A DNA stretch of 62,935 nt, filler included, from Octopus bimaculoides (GCF_001194135.2; 4 parts of 4 records of this genome joined end to end with filler, not necessarily neighbours in it); one strand, 5' to 3'. Positions 52,341 to 62,906 are shown, counted from the whole stretch's first letter. The notes: a model not told the origin generated them from the letters alone. Numbers and translations are program-made.

Positions 52341-52849
52341 AATGTAAATCAGTGGATGATGATATTAATTTGAAATGTCAGATAAACTTTTTAACCCTCT
52401 CAGACCTGGGCTCTGGTGCAAAAGAATAAATAGTTGCATATACAGCTCAAGAATAATGATTGCAGGCAAACTAATGCACAAAATTGAGTGTATCTCCTTT
52501 TTCTATGTATGTCATTCAGTACCACTTTGCTGGGAATCTGATAGTAACAACTTTTAACCTATTCCTGCTGTAGTGGGTACATGGTTAATAAATATAGATT
52601 TTAGTTTTGCTTTGAAAAGTAAACAAAGTTGTTCTTATCATTGGTTACATTTCTCTGCAAATGGGAAACAAGAGCAATCTGACTAGTTTCTAGTATTGCT
52701 AAACCTTCAATCTATTGAGAGATAATTAGCTATTATATTGTATCCCAACTTGGACAGATTAACCTGGTCTGTTTACTTTGCATAGCAGTACATATGCTGA
52801 CAACATAGATCAGTTAAATAATTACACTACACATAGAAAAGACACATAG

Positions 52850-52906
<57 letters not shown>

Positions 52907-52911
<5 letters not shown>

Positions 52912-53068
52912 AGCATCTTTCAGTTTCTGTCTACTGAATCCACTCACAAGGCTTTGGTTGGCCTGAGGCTATAGTAGAAGACACTTGCTGAAGGTGTCAT
53001 GCAGTGGGACTGAACCTGGAATCGTTAGGCTGGGAAGCAAGCTTTTTACCACACAGCCATGCCTATGC
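52907..53068 (-). mobile_element. SINE family A 5' half in ATAD5 intron (CpG decayed)
   Basis: Has ggctttggttggcctgaggc where CpG-retaining copies have ggctttggtcggcccgaggc. Confidence 0.85.
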
Positions 53069-53123
53069 TTGTATTGCATTTTTATATTTCTTAAATGACA
53101 ATTTTTGTGGTGTCTTATGCTAG

Positions 53124-53303
53124 AAACTGGTAAAGAAACTGTGAATACTGAAGAAGCTGATGGTGTCACAGAAAATCAAAAGGGTAAGAGGAAAAGCAAG
53201 CGCAGCTTAAGTCGTCGGAAGTCTAACAAGAAAGATGCAGATCCTGATCTGAAAGCTGATTGTCAGAAACCAGAGAAAAATGATGCCAATTCTGAAGAGA
53301 AAG
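53124..53303 (+). CDS. ATAD5: ATAD5 internal exon 3 (ETGKETVNTEEADG...KRKSKRSLSRRKSNKK...NSEEK), basic/NLS-like
   Basis: Acceptor cttatgctag| and donor AAAG|gtgagt. 180 nt, phase 1 in and phase 1 out. Confidence 0.8.
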
Positions 53304-54059
53304 GTGAGTAAAATTTTTTTAAAATGATTTCTAAATAATAAGGTTTGATAGGAAAATACAAAATTTATCTAAAAATAAACATCCAGGTTTCATTTCAATT
53401 CTGGGCCTAATACTATGAGGAACTCTGCTAAAAGCACTCAAGGACCAAATTGTGGTGTTAAACTAGGCTATAAAATAAGCTTGCAGCTTAAGAATAGGAA
53501 TGATCCCTTTTTTGGGCTTCTGTACAGATTTACAAAATTTTACTGTCTTTCATCAGCCCAAGGTTTTAGCAAAAGACATTTGCTCACCATACCATGCATT
53601 GTTATTGAACCTAACATTACATAGTTATTAAGTGCATACAAGCACAGACCCATGCNNNNNNNNNNNNNNNNNNNNNNNNNNNNNNNNNNNNNNNNNNNNN
53701 NNNNNNNNNNNNNNNNNNNNNNNNNNNNNNNNNNNNNNNNNNNNNNNNNNNNNNNNNNNNNNNNNNNNNNNNNNNNNNNNNNNNNNNNNNNNNNNNNNNN
53801 NNNNNNNNNNNNNNNNNNNNNNNNNNNNNNNNNNNNNNNNNNNNNNNNNNNNNNNNNNNNNNNNNNNNNNNNNNNNNNNNNNNNNNNNNNNNNNNNNNNN
53901 NNNNNNNNNNNNNNNNNNNNNNNNNNNNNNNNNNNNNNNNNNNNNNNNNNNNNNNNNNCTAAGGTGCTGTGGTTGTGCAATGAACATTTTAATCACATAA
54001 CCGTACTTGTACATAATTGAGCTGATTTTAAAGCATAATATGAAAAATTATTAGTTTAA

Positions 54060-54420
54060 AGGTGCAGGCATGGCTGTGTGGTAAGAAGCTTGCTTTCTAA
54101 TCACATAGTTCTGGGTTCAGTCCCACTGCATGGCAGCTTGGGCAAGTGCCTTCTACTATAGCCTTGGGCCAACCAAAGCCTTGTGAGTGGATTTGGTAGA
54201 CGGAAACTGAAAGATGCCTGTCATGTGTGTCCCACTACCGCTTGACAACTGATGTTGATGTGTTTAAGTCCCTGTAACTTAGTGGTTCAGCAAAAGAGAT
54301 TGACAGAATAAGTATCAGGCTTAGAAGGAAAATAAGTGCTGGGGTTGATTCATTCAGCTAAAAATTCTTGAAGGTGGTGCCTCAGCATAGCCACAGTCTA
54401 ATGACTGAAACAAGTAAATG
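54060..54420 (+). mobile_element. SINE family A, near full length, in ATAD5 intron (CpG decayed)
   Basis: Has gccttgggccaaccaaagcc, cttgacaactgatgttg and ccctgtaacttagtggttcagc: same backbone with CG changed to TG or CA. Confidence 0.85.
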
Positions 54421-54613
54421 ATATAAGAGAAACAAAAAAAACTATGACTTGAAAGTTTTAATATAAACACTTGAAAATTTGAGTTTCCAAATAATGAAAC
54501 CAAAAATAGTTTCCTACAGATTTGGTATTGAGGGTTAAAGAAGGCCAAAAAAAAAAACAAAAACAAAATGTGAATGGTTATTTACTTATTTCTGATGTTA
54601 TTTTATTTCCAAG

Positions 54614-54793
54614 TCTGTGATATTCTGTGGACTGAAAAATACCAACCACTTCATTCCTCTGAAGTAATCTGCAACAGCAGCAATGTGAAGAGACTGAAAT
54701 CTTGGCTCTTGGATTGGAAACAACGGACTGATCGAGAAGCGAGGAAATTAAAGAAGTTGTTGATGAAACAGAAGAAATCTAAGAAGAACAAAG
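54614..54793 (+). CDS. ATAD5: ATAD5 internal exon 4 (VCDILWTEKYQPLHSSEVICNSSNVKRLKSWLLDWKQRTDREARK...), start of RFC-like AAA+ domain
   Basis: WTEKYQP (RFC box II) followed by RLKSWLLDWKQR, as recalled for vertebrate ATAD5 (LWTEKYQP...KKLHSWLKDWKRR). Acceptor ttttatttccaag|. The 3' end is inferred at a GC donor (AAAG|gcaaaa), the only nearby option I found that keeps the frame. Confidence 0.88.
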
Positions 54794-54889
54794 GCAAAAA
54801 CCATTGTCTTCATTTCATTTTAATAATTCTGTCATTGTAACTTATTTTAGTAAGGTTCTTGTGAAATCAAGGTTACTTGCTTTTAAATT

Positions 54890-55125
54890 ATCATCATTTA
54901 ATTCTGTTCTCCAAGCTGGAATGGGTTGGATAGTTTGGCAGGAGCTAGCCAGCTGAAGAGCTGTCTATGCTCCATGTCTGTTTTGGCATGGTTTTTATAA
55001 CTAGATGCCCTTCCTAACACCAGCCATTTTACAGAGTGTACTGGGTGCTTTTATGCAGCACTGCATGGGTGCTTTTATGTAACACTGGTACCCACAAGCC
55101 TGCAAGATTAGAAACGCTTAACTGA
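54890..55125 (+). mobile_element. Repeat family C copy
   Basis: Runs atcatcatttaattctgttctccaagctggaatgggttggatagtttggc...tagatgcccttcctaacaccagccattttacagagtgtactgggtgcttttatg. Confidence 0.75.
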
Positions 55126-56408
55126 AGAGGGATGTAGGGGACATACCTGACATATCTTCTCAAGCAGTTTCGGTCCCACATCATCCCCTCTGTGAGGCCC
55201 AGCGTCTGTGTTTGATTTAGACACGGTGTATGATGGATTTTGCTTGATAGAGAGCAATATTTGATTTAGACCAGTGATGTCTGATGCAAACTAATATACC
55301 AATGCTGTTTTAACAGAAGCCAGTGATGTTTTATATAAGACATTGGTCTATTATTGTAACATGTCTGAAGAGAAGAAAAAAGAAAACGGGTTTGTGAGTG
55401 TAAAGAGGAAACCTTTGTATCACATCTAAACAGAAGAGTGAAGAAATTTATTTCAATATTCTGTGTTATATGATTTTTATATGAGAAATTATATATTTTA
55501 TATATTATGTATATTTTTTTACAGCGTGATGTGCTGCTTGACTGGTCCCCCCCCCTCTCTCTCTCTCTTTCTATATATATATGATGATGATGATGATGAT
55601 CTTTTCTCCCGCCATGCCTCTGTCTACCCCTCCATCCTCTCTCTCTCTCTTTCGTAGNNNNNNNNNNAAAACAGATGTAGGCATCGTGGTAGTGATGGTG
55701 GTGGTGAAGTTTTCTTTTCCTAATTTGAATATGGATTACGTGACACCAAACAATTTATTACACTGAGGAACAAAATTTCAATTTTTATTTTGTTTTGTCT
55801 TTGATCAGTAAGTGTTATTTCCTTTTTGCTTCTCTCTAGAAATTGAAGGAAATGACTAGTATTCTCTTCAAACTTTGCTTTTGTGACCAATTTTCCATTT
55901 CATTTCAGACAGATTCAGTGCTGAGGTGCTGAAGCAGAAATATTGTTATAGCAAATATTCTGCTCAATACCACAGATTTGTTTGTCAGTTGCTTGACCTT
56001 AACCACTCGAGCATGTCCCTTAATGGCTGACAATATCTCTGGTCATGAGCAGGAGTAGTGGGGGAGCATCATAGCCATGTGTTGAGAGGGATTCTTTAGG
56101 GTTTGAATAAATGTAACAAAAGCAAAGTTTGTAGGAAATATTAGCCATTTTTCATACTTTCTAGGGTTAAGCAAACATGGAAATAACAGTTGCTACCCAA
56201 AGACAAAAATCGTGTTACATAGCACATTTTATTATATTTACTTCACATAGTTAACTATAAATACTTGACAAAATGTTTTATAATTACTTGACATAGTTTA
56301 TTATACTCACCTAACACTTTTTACTACAATTATTTAACATAATTTATTATTGTTACTTACGAAATCTAGTAAAATTACTTAAAATAATTTATTTTTATCT
56401 CTTTTCAG

Positions 56409-56578
56409 AGGAGGACAGTAACTCTATGTTGTCATGGAATGATGATGATAGTGATTTTGCTTTATCGCCAAGTGAAAGTGAAGATGACTCTCTGTGTAAC
56501 ACAAAACTTCTGACTGGTCCTCAAGGAATTGGGAAAACAGCTTCAGTTTATGCTTTAGCCATGGAACTTGGTTATCAG
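56409..56578 (+). CDS. ATAD5: ATAD5 internal exon 5 (EEDSNSMLSWNDDDSDF...LCNTKLLTGPQGIGKTASVYALAMELGYQ), Walker A at 56516-56539
   Basis: Missing from the ORF track because it is under 60 codons; translated by hand. Acceptor tcttttcag| and donor CAG|gttggt. The acidic linker, LCNT, GPxGxGKT and VYAxAxELG match the recalled ATAD5 order (LCNTVLITGPTGVGKTAAVYACAQELGF). Confidence 0.92.
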
Positions 56579-56663
56579 GTTGGTTTCACTTAGCACACAA
56601 ATTAGTTGCAATACATGCATCTGTGTGTGTGTGAGTGTGCGTGTGCATGTGAGTGCATGTGTG

Positions 56664-56815
56664 TAGGCATGGCTGTGTGGTAAGAAGCTTGCTTCCCAAT
56701 CACATGGTTCTGGGTTCATTCCTACTGCCTGGCACCTTGGGCAAGTGTCTTCTCTATAGCCTCAGGCCAACCAAAGCCTTGTGAGTGGATTTGGTAGATG
56801 GAAACTGAAAGAAGC

Positions 56816-56826
<11 letters not shown>
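56664..56826 (+). mobile_element. SINE family A 5' half in ATAD5 intron (CpG decayed)
   Basis: Runs gcctcaggccaaccaaagcc...ggtagatggaaactgaaagaagcccatcatatat. Confidence 0.85.
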
Positions 56827-56862
<36 letters not shown>

Positions 56863-56887
56863 TGTAAATAATAATATTTTATATATG

Positions 56888-57318
56888 TAAAGCTTATAAG
56901 TGATCACCATGCATTGACTAATGTAAATAGTCTAATATTGGGGCATATGGAAAAAAGAAATGTTTTCTATACATGTGGAACTTGAATCTACATCACAAGT
57001 GTGCTACCATTAAGAACTATAAGTGCTTCAGTCAATACACAGTGATGGCTTATAAAATATTATTAGTTACAGAATTGTAAAACTGACACCAAATCATTAT
57101 AGAAAACACGCATGTATGCTTGTTTATAAAAACAACACTGTGAAATTATAGCTCTGAAATCTGATGGAAAGAAGTGAGGAGGTATGTTGGTGTAAACATG
57201 AGGTGTGGGTTCAAGTCCCACACATACGGAAAACCCTACTTTTTCTGTCAAGGGCTTATATGTCCCAATATTAGACTATTTTCCTTAGTCAATGCACAGT
57301 GATCGCTTATAAGCTTTA
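56888..57318. mobile_element. Foldback/MITE with ~110-bp imperfect inverted arms and TA flanks
   Basis: TA|AAGCTTATAAGTGATCACCATGCATTGACTAA... is mirrored by ...TTAGTCAATGCACAGTGATCGCTTATAAGCTT|TA. Similarity continues inward to about 57000 and 57195. Confidence 0.75.
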
Positions 57319-57424
57319 AGCTTATAAACAATTAAAAAAAAAAGTCCTAGGATCAATTTGTTTGACTAAAACCGGTCAGCATGGCCACAGTCAAATGATA
57401 AAAGATTATATATACATATATATA

Positions 57425-57960
57425 TATATCATCATCATCGTTTAACACCCATCTTCCATGCATAGCTAGGGCGGTTGACAAGAGCCGGCCAGGTAGAAAA
57501 TCTACCCAGTGCTACTGTGTCTGTTTTGGCAGGGATTTTACGGCTAGATGCTCTTCCTAATATCAACCACTCCACAGAGTGAACTCCGTGCTTTTTACAT
57601 GGCACTAGCACAGGTGAAGTTAGCTTTGGCATGATTTTTGCAGCTGGATGCCCTTCCAAACACCAACCACGTTACTTTTAACTTGGCACCAGCACTTGCA
57701 GGACCACCAAGTAACTCACAAGACAAGGAATTATGAGAGGGGCAGGGGGATTTGAAGAAGGGAACATATGTCAGAGGATGAAAGGTTAGAGTGTGACAAA
57801 GGGACAGAGAGAAAGAAGCAGGTGTCTTGCCACAACAGAGAGGGGCGTTAGATGAGGTGATCCAGTATCAAATGATGAAAGGTTAGTGTAACAGGGAAAT
57901 AGAGAGGCAGAAATAGGTGTCTTGTTAATAGAGGAGTTACATGGTTACCCAGTGAGAGAG
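57425..57960 (+). mobile_element. Repeat family C, long copy
   Basis: Runs atcatcatcatcgtttaacacccatcttccatgc...ctggatgcccttccaaacaccaaccac...aaaggttagagtgtgac...ggtgtcttg...catggttaccc. Confidence 0.7.
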
Positions 57961-58271
57961 AGGTACAAGAAAGAGGCCAGAAAGAAGTGTGCTGATGTAA
58001 AAGAGATACTTGGTTACCTAGTCAGAGGAAAAACAAGAGGAGAGAGTTATCAAAGGGAAATAGAGAGAGAGTGGGAAACAGTAAAAGTGAAAAAGAGAGC
58101 AGAAGAGAGTTAGTGTTAACTGTTGGGAAAAAAAGAATACTGAGTAGTGTGAATAAAGACAAATAATCTATTTTTTTTGGTTAAGTCAGTCATCTCTTGT
58201 TACTCTGGTCTTTTTTTTTTTTTTTTCCTGTGGGTGCTCAGGATCTTCCTTGGTAACCTCACTGCTGCTGG

Positions 58272-58540
58272 TGCTTTCAGTTTCCATGTATGAAATCTAC
58301 TCAAAGGCTTTGGTCAGCCTGGGGCTATAATAGAAGATGCTTGCTGAAGGTGCCACACAGTAGGACTGAATCCATGACCACATAGTTGGGAAGCAAACTT
58401 AACACACATCCATGCCTGTACACACACATGCTTCTATACATGATTATGTAGTTAAGTTTGCTTCTCAGCCATGTGGTTTCAGGTTCAGTCCTACTGCTTG
58501 GCATCTTGGACAAGTATCTTCTATAAACCAGGCTGACCAA
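58272..58540. mobile_element. Two oppositely oriented SINE family A 5' fragments (CpG decayed)
   Basis: A minus-strand copy at ~58272-58420 (ggctttggtcagcctggggc) and a plus-strand copy at ~58445-58540 (ggttcagtcctactgcttggcatcttggacaagt). Confidence 0.65.
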
Positions 58541-58596
58541 CTATAGCACTTATCCAGCGTACTTATTTTAGATCACAAGGGAATTAAATCCCTCAT

Positions 58597-58635
<39 letters not shown>

Positions 58636-58679
58636 NNNNNNNNNNNNNNNNNNNNNNNNNNNNNNNNNNNNNNNNNNNN

Positions 58680-58691
58680 TTAATTAATTAA
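58680..58691. other. Artificial scaffold spacer TTAATTAATTAA (44 N each side)
   Basis: N at 58636-58679 and 58692-58735. Confidence 0.95.
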
Positions 58692-59029
58692 NNNNNNNNN
58701 NNNNNNNNNNNNNNNNNNNNNNNNNNNNNNNNNNNAATTCTTCACTGATATCGAAAAGGTGAAAACAAGCAATGTTAATTCTCTAAATGAAGTATTAACA
58801 GTAACTGCACGATAAAGTGTAGTAAATTGTCACTTAAGTGTGGCTGACCCCTAGGGGTGGATGTTACTGTTGCTTTTATCCCCAGGAGGACATCTCCTCC
58901 AGCTGGCTTATCGACACACTACTGTGTCCTGTTTGCCAAGGGAAGTTATCCCTCTCACCATGATCTGTAGCACGAACTACTGTAGAAGGGATCACGGAGG
59001 AGGAGAGAGAGGCAAGAGGAGGGGGTTAG

Positions 59030-59960
59030 ATGAAGAGAGGATGGGAGTTGAGCCCATGTGGAGCAAAGGAGCGAAGAGAGAAGATTAATCCCTGTTCACA
59101 GCGCAAACGGGAATCCGGATGGCCTCTGTGCAAGGACAATCCAAACACGGACAGGTGTTGCTGCAAAGAGTGACCGGTAGAGTGGAAATGGCGTGACACC
59201 AGGGTGTCATTGCAAACGTTAATATCTCGGAGGTGTTCCGCGAATCGGTCGGCCAGGCGGCACCCTGTTTGTCCAATGTACAGAGAATGGCAGAGAGAGC
59301 AGGAGATGCAATAGCTGATGTTGGTAGAATTGGAGGTGAAGGAGTCGGTGATGTGATAGGGTCGATGATGGGTGCCGGTGAGGAGGGTGGTGTTGGAGAG
59401 GTAAGGGCAAGTGCGGTAGCGTGGGCAGGAGCAAGGGAACGAGCGAGGTTGTGAGGTTGGGTTGAGGAAGAAGCTGTGGACCAAGAGATCTCATAGGTTG
59501 TAGGCTCGTCTGAAGGAGGGGACTGAAGGAGGGGAGGGGTCGGTCAGGGAAGATGTGTGAGGTGGAGGGGTCAAACTAGAGGCACCGGAAAGCTCAGAGA
59601 ATGGTGCGTTGGAGAGGTAGGTGAGGGGAAAAGGGAGGCGGGAGATGGCAGGGCGGTTTCGGGGGAGAGAGCAGATGCACGGTCCATGGAACGTGCTCTG
59701 GCAAGGGCGGTGTGGATGGTGGTGAGGGGATATCCACGTAGGGTGAATTGGTGAGCCATGAGTTGAGACTGAGTCTCAAAGTCATGGTTGTCTCTACAGA
59801 GCCTACGTAGACAGAGGAATTGGGAATAGGGGATGGAAAGCTTGGTGTGTTTAGGGTGGGAAGAGGAGAAGTTAAGATAAGAGTGTGAGTCTGTGTATAT
59901 ATAGCCTGAACAGGATAAGCTACTCCTATTTTGCAGAAAAAAGTGTTGGCGGCCGAGCTG
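59030..59960 (-). mobile_element. 5'-truncated Penelope-like element (Neptune-type): RT thumb, Cys linker and GIY-YIG endonuclease
   Basis: Contains YTDSHSYLNFSSSHPKHTKLSIPYSQFLCLRRLC...RGYP (thumb), RSFPCSCPRYRTCPYL (Cys linker) and YCISCSLCHSLYIGQTGCRLADRFAEHLRDI...VSRHFHSTGH...RLRCEQGLIFSLRSFAPHGLN (GIY-YIG). Frameshifted. Confidence 0.9.
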
Positions 59961-60792
59961 TCCACCAGACCATGTCTTCTGTCTTGTTATGTCTTGTCTT
60001 TTCTTTCCAGTGATCATCGCCTGGTCAAATTTAATTAACACTATGTCCAAATACTCATTAATTCATTAAATTAGAACTTTTCTTCCTTTTCACTGGGCTC
60101 AAGAGTAACCTGACTAGTGAGAACAAAGGGAGGTACAGGTGTTATTACATGAGACAATGTGGCTGCTTTACCTGTAAGGAATAGCGGTCACATTGCCCTA
60201 AAATCATTCCCTACTGTCTCTTAAAAAAAGACACATTTGATGATGTATTTCTAGACATACTGTATCAGAAATATAGAATGGCAGTTAAGGTGAAACATCT
60301 TTGATATTAAGCCTGATAGCTCAGGAGTGTTCTGGGGCTAAATAATCAGTTATACTTTATGTACATTACAAAATAAAAATCAAAAATCAGTGGTGGCCTT
60401 TCCCCCATAAAAACCAACAACCACCTCAACATGGTTTTGGGGTGAACCAGAAATTGGGCTAACGACAGCAATGATACTTGAATAATAATCTAAATACCAA
60501 ATGGTATAAAATCTTTAAAAAAAAACAAGAAATTTAAATGGAAATAATTTTCTGTTTTACAAGAAAAGAGTTCAACAAAATGTTCAAACTTTAAATTTTT
60601 CTAAAAAAAATTGTTGTTTTACAGAAAAAAGTTTAATAAATTGTTGAGCTTTCAAAAGTTAGAAACTAGAATTGGGAAAATAAAAAAATTCTAATTGGTA
60701 TTTTGTTGTACTTTTTGAAATGTTCATCTCATTAGCAAACACATCTTATTTTGAAAGGAGGTGGTCGTGGAATACCCCCTTTTATTAACAAA

Positions 60793-62231
60793 CTAGCAGT
60801 AATATGCATCGTTGATTGGGTAATTACTTTTACTGCTTCTTGGGAGTCACACTCCTTCTGTATGTGTGTAATTTTATAATAGAAATATATGTAATAATTG
60901 AAATAGAAAAAAGATCAATTTCATTCTTCAATGTAACAGTAGTAATGGCAAATTAAGTTATTGAACTATTCATGTTGCATTAAGAGTGAATATTTCTTTA
61001 TAAACAATGTTTTTTGTTTTATTTTGGGGTGCATAAGCAAAAAGGTTTGCTTTTGCTCTCACACACAATGTTCCTACATAAAGTTTCGAATCTGAACCAC
61101 AGTGAGACTACCACTACAGATTTAGATTTACTCCTCCTGTATGTGTGTATTTTATAAGAGAAAAACACATAATAATTGAAGTAGAAAAAAGATGGAGTTC
61201 ATATACAAACTTGAATATAATGATAGAAATGGCAAATTAAGTGGCTGAAGTGGTCATGTTGCATTAAGAGTGTATATTTCTTTATAAACAATGATTTTTG
61301 TTTTATTTCAGGGTACAAAAACAAAAAGATTTGCTTTTGGCCCCACATGTGATTCTCCTGTATAAAGTTGGCCATGTGAAAAGTATGGTTTTTAAAAACA
61401 TGTAATAATTGAAGATAGAAAATTGAAAGATTCACTTTGAACATGAATGAAGGTAGAAAAATAGCTATATCATATAGAAGAATAACTTTGTGGAATGCAG
61501 GCGACTGTGCAATGGCACTAAAAAGGCCACAGGTAAGTAGAACACCCATTTATCATGGTTTCTTTTGACATTTGAATAGGCTGTATGGCCGAGGAAAATT
61601 GAAAGATTCAGTTTCAAATCTGAACCAGGGTGAGACTACCCCTACAGATTTAGATTTACTTCTCCTGTATGCATGTATTTTATAAGAGAAAACATGTAAT
61701 AATTGATGTAGAAAAAAGATTGATGTCATACACATTAAGTTATTGAAGTATTTATGTTGCATTAAGAATGAATATTTCTTTATTTCTTTATAAACAATGT
61801 TTTTGTTTTATTTCAGGGTGCAAAAGCAAAAAGATTTACTTTCGGTGCTGCATGTGATGCTCCTACATAAAGTTGGCCATGTGAAGAGCAAGTTGCAACC
61901 CAGCAACTTTTAGTGTTTGGCCCTGAGTTTTATTGATACTCATGGCAAAAGAAAGTGGGATAGGAAACTGTAACAGCTTAAATTGGAATGAGACATTAGA
62001 TAGTATAACTGGTATGTGAAGAATGAAGATGGTGTCGCCATTACCACAACCAGTGGGAATATTTGCCTCAGTGAAGTTCCTCATAAGTTTGTGCACAATT
62101 AGTGTTGTACCATTGCATGACTTTTGCAGAGACAAATTAGGTGATAGCATAATAGCTTTGCCTGAACCATTTACTTTCATTTTGCTGGACGAACAAACAG
62201 ACAGACAGAATCTCTCTTTTATATACATAGA
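60793..62231 (-). mobile_element. Non-autonomous Helitron with both termini and a PIF1-like helicase C-terminal fragment
   Basis: On the minus strand the 5' end is A|TCTATGTATATAAAAGAGAG at 62231 and the 3' end is ...TACTGCTAG|T at 60793, an A-T target. Peptides IMLSPNLSLQKSCNGTTLIV...QFPIPLSFAMSINKTQGQTLKVAGL and SHGQLYVG match Helitron helicase motifs. Confidence 0.85.
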
Positions 62232-62645
62232 TGAAAATTAACTATATAGTTTCTTTTAGAAGCACAAGTAGAAGGATTTGATAGGGATTAAGGACAGAAG
62301 GAGACGTTTAATGGAATGGAGGAGAGGAGAGAAAAAGGAGGGGGAAGAGAAGAGGAGAAACATGAAACAAAAGTAGGTTCAGGAAGAAGGATAATGAGCT
62401 ATTCAAAGACAAGGGAGAAAAGGAAAAGGAGAGTGTGAAGAAGCATGAAAGAGAGATAGGTCTGGGAAGAAGGATAATAACCCAGATGAAGAGACAGGAT
62501 TGAAAAATGGAATAGAGAGAAAAGGAAATGAAAGAGAAGGAAGAAAAGAGAAGAGTTTGTTGTTAAAAATATTATTTTTTTCAAAAAGGGCAACTAAGTG
62601 CCAATTAAATTTTTTCTGATCCTTGTATGATAGTGTATAGAGGAA

Positions 62646-62898
62646 TATATTATTTAAAAGAGTTCCAACTCTGTCTGTTTTTTATGTTTTATTTATATTC
62701 TTATGACTGCTGTGAAGCAGGAAAGTATACTAGCCCCTATATATATTTAATACTCAATATTTCATATATTCAATAAGACATTCAATACTTCATTTCATTT
62801 TACTATTTATATTATATATTCCATATTCTATATCTCACATTAATTTTATAAGAATATAAATAAAATATAAAAAACAGACAGAGTTGGAACTCTATTAA

Positions 62899-62906
<8 letters not shown>
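62646..62906. mobile_element. MITE with ~59-bp terminal inverted repeats
   Basis: 62646-62704 (tatattatttaaaagagttccaactctgtctgttttttatgttttatttatattcttat) is the reverse complement of 62848-62906 with 2 mismatches. AT-rich spacer and TA-rich flanks. Confidence 0.8.

Noticed and set aside
56516-56578. Assigning the AAA+ exons to RFC1, CHTF18 or RAD17
   Set aside because: The SWLxxWKxR after WTEKYQP, the acidic linker and LCNT...GKTAxVYAxAxELG fit ATAD5 best as recalled. A BLASTP search would settle it.
57170-57225. tRNA gene suggested by a perfect T-arm
   Set aside because: There is no acceptor stem or anticodon arm, and it is part of a foldback repeat.
28549-58691. TTAATTAATTAA as a biological motif (homeodomain or PacI-like site)
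   Set aside because: All three copies sit between exactly 44 N on each side, which marks an artificial linker.
61863-62228. A cellular PIF1 helicase gene
   Set aside because: It is an intronless, frameshifted fragment enclosed by Helitron termini.
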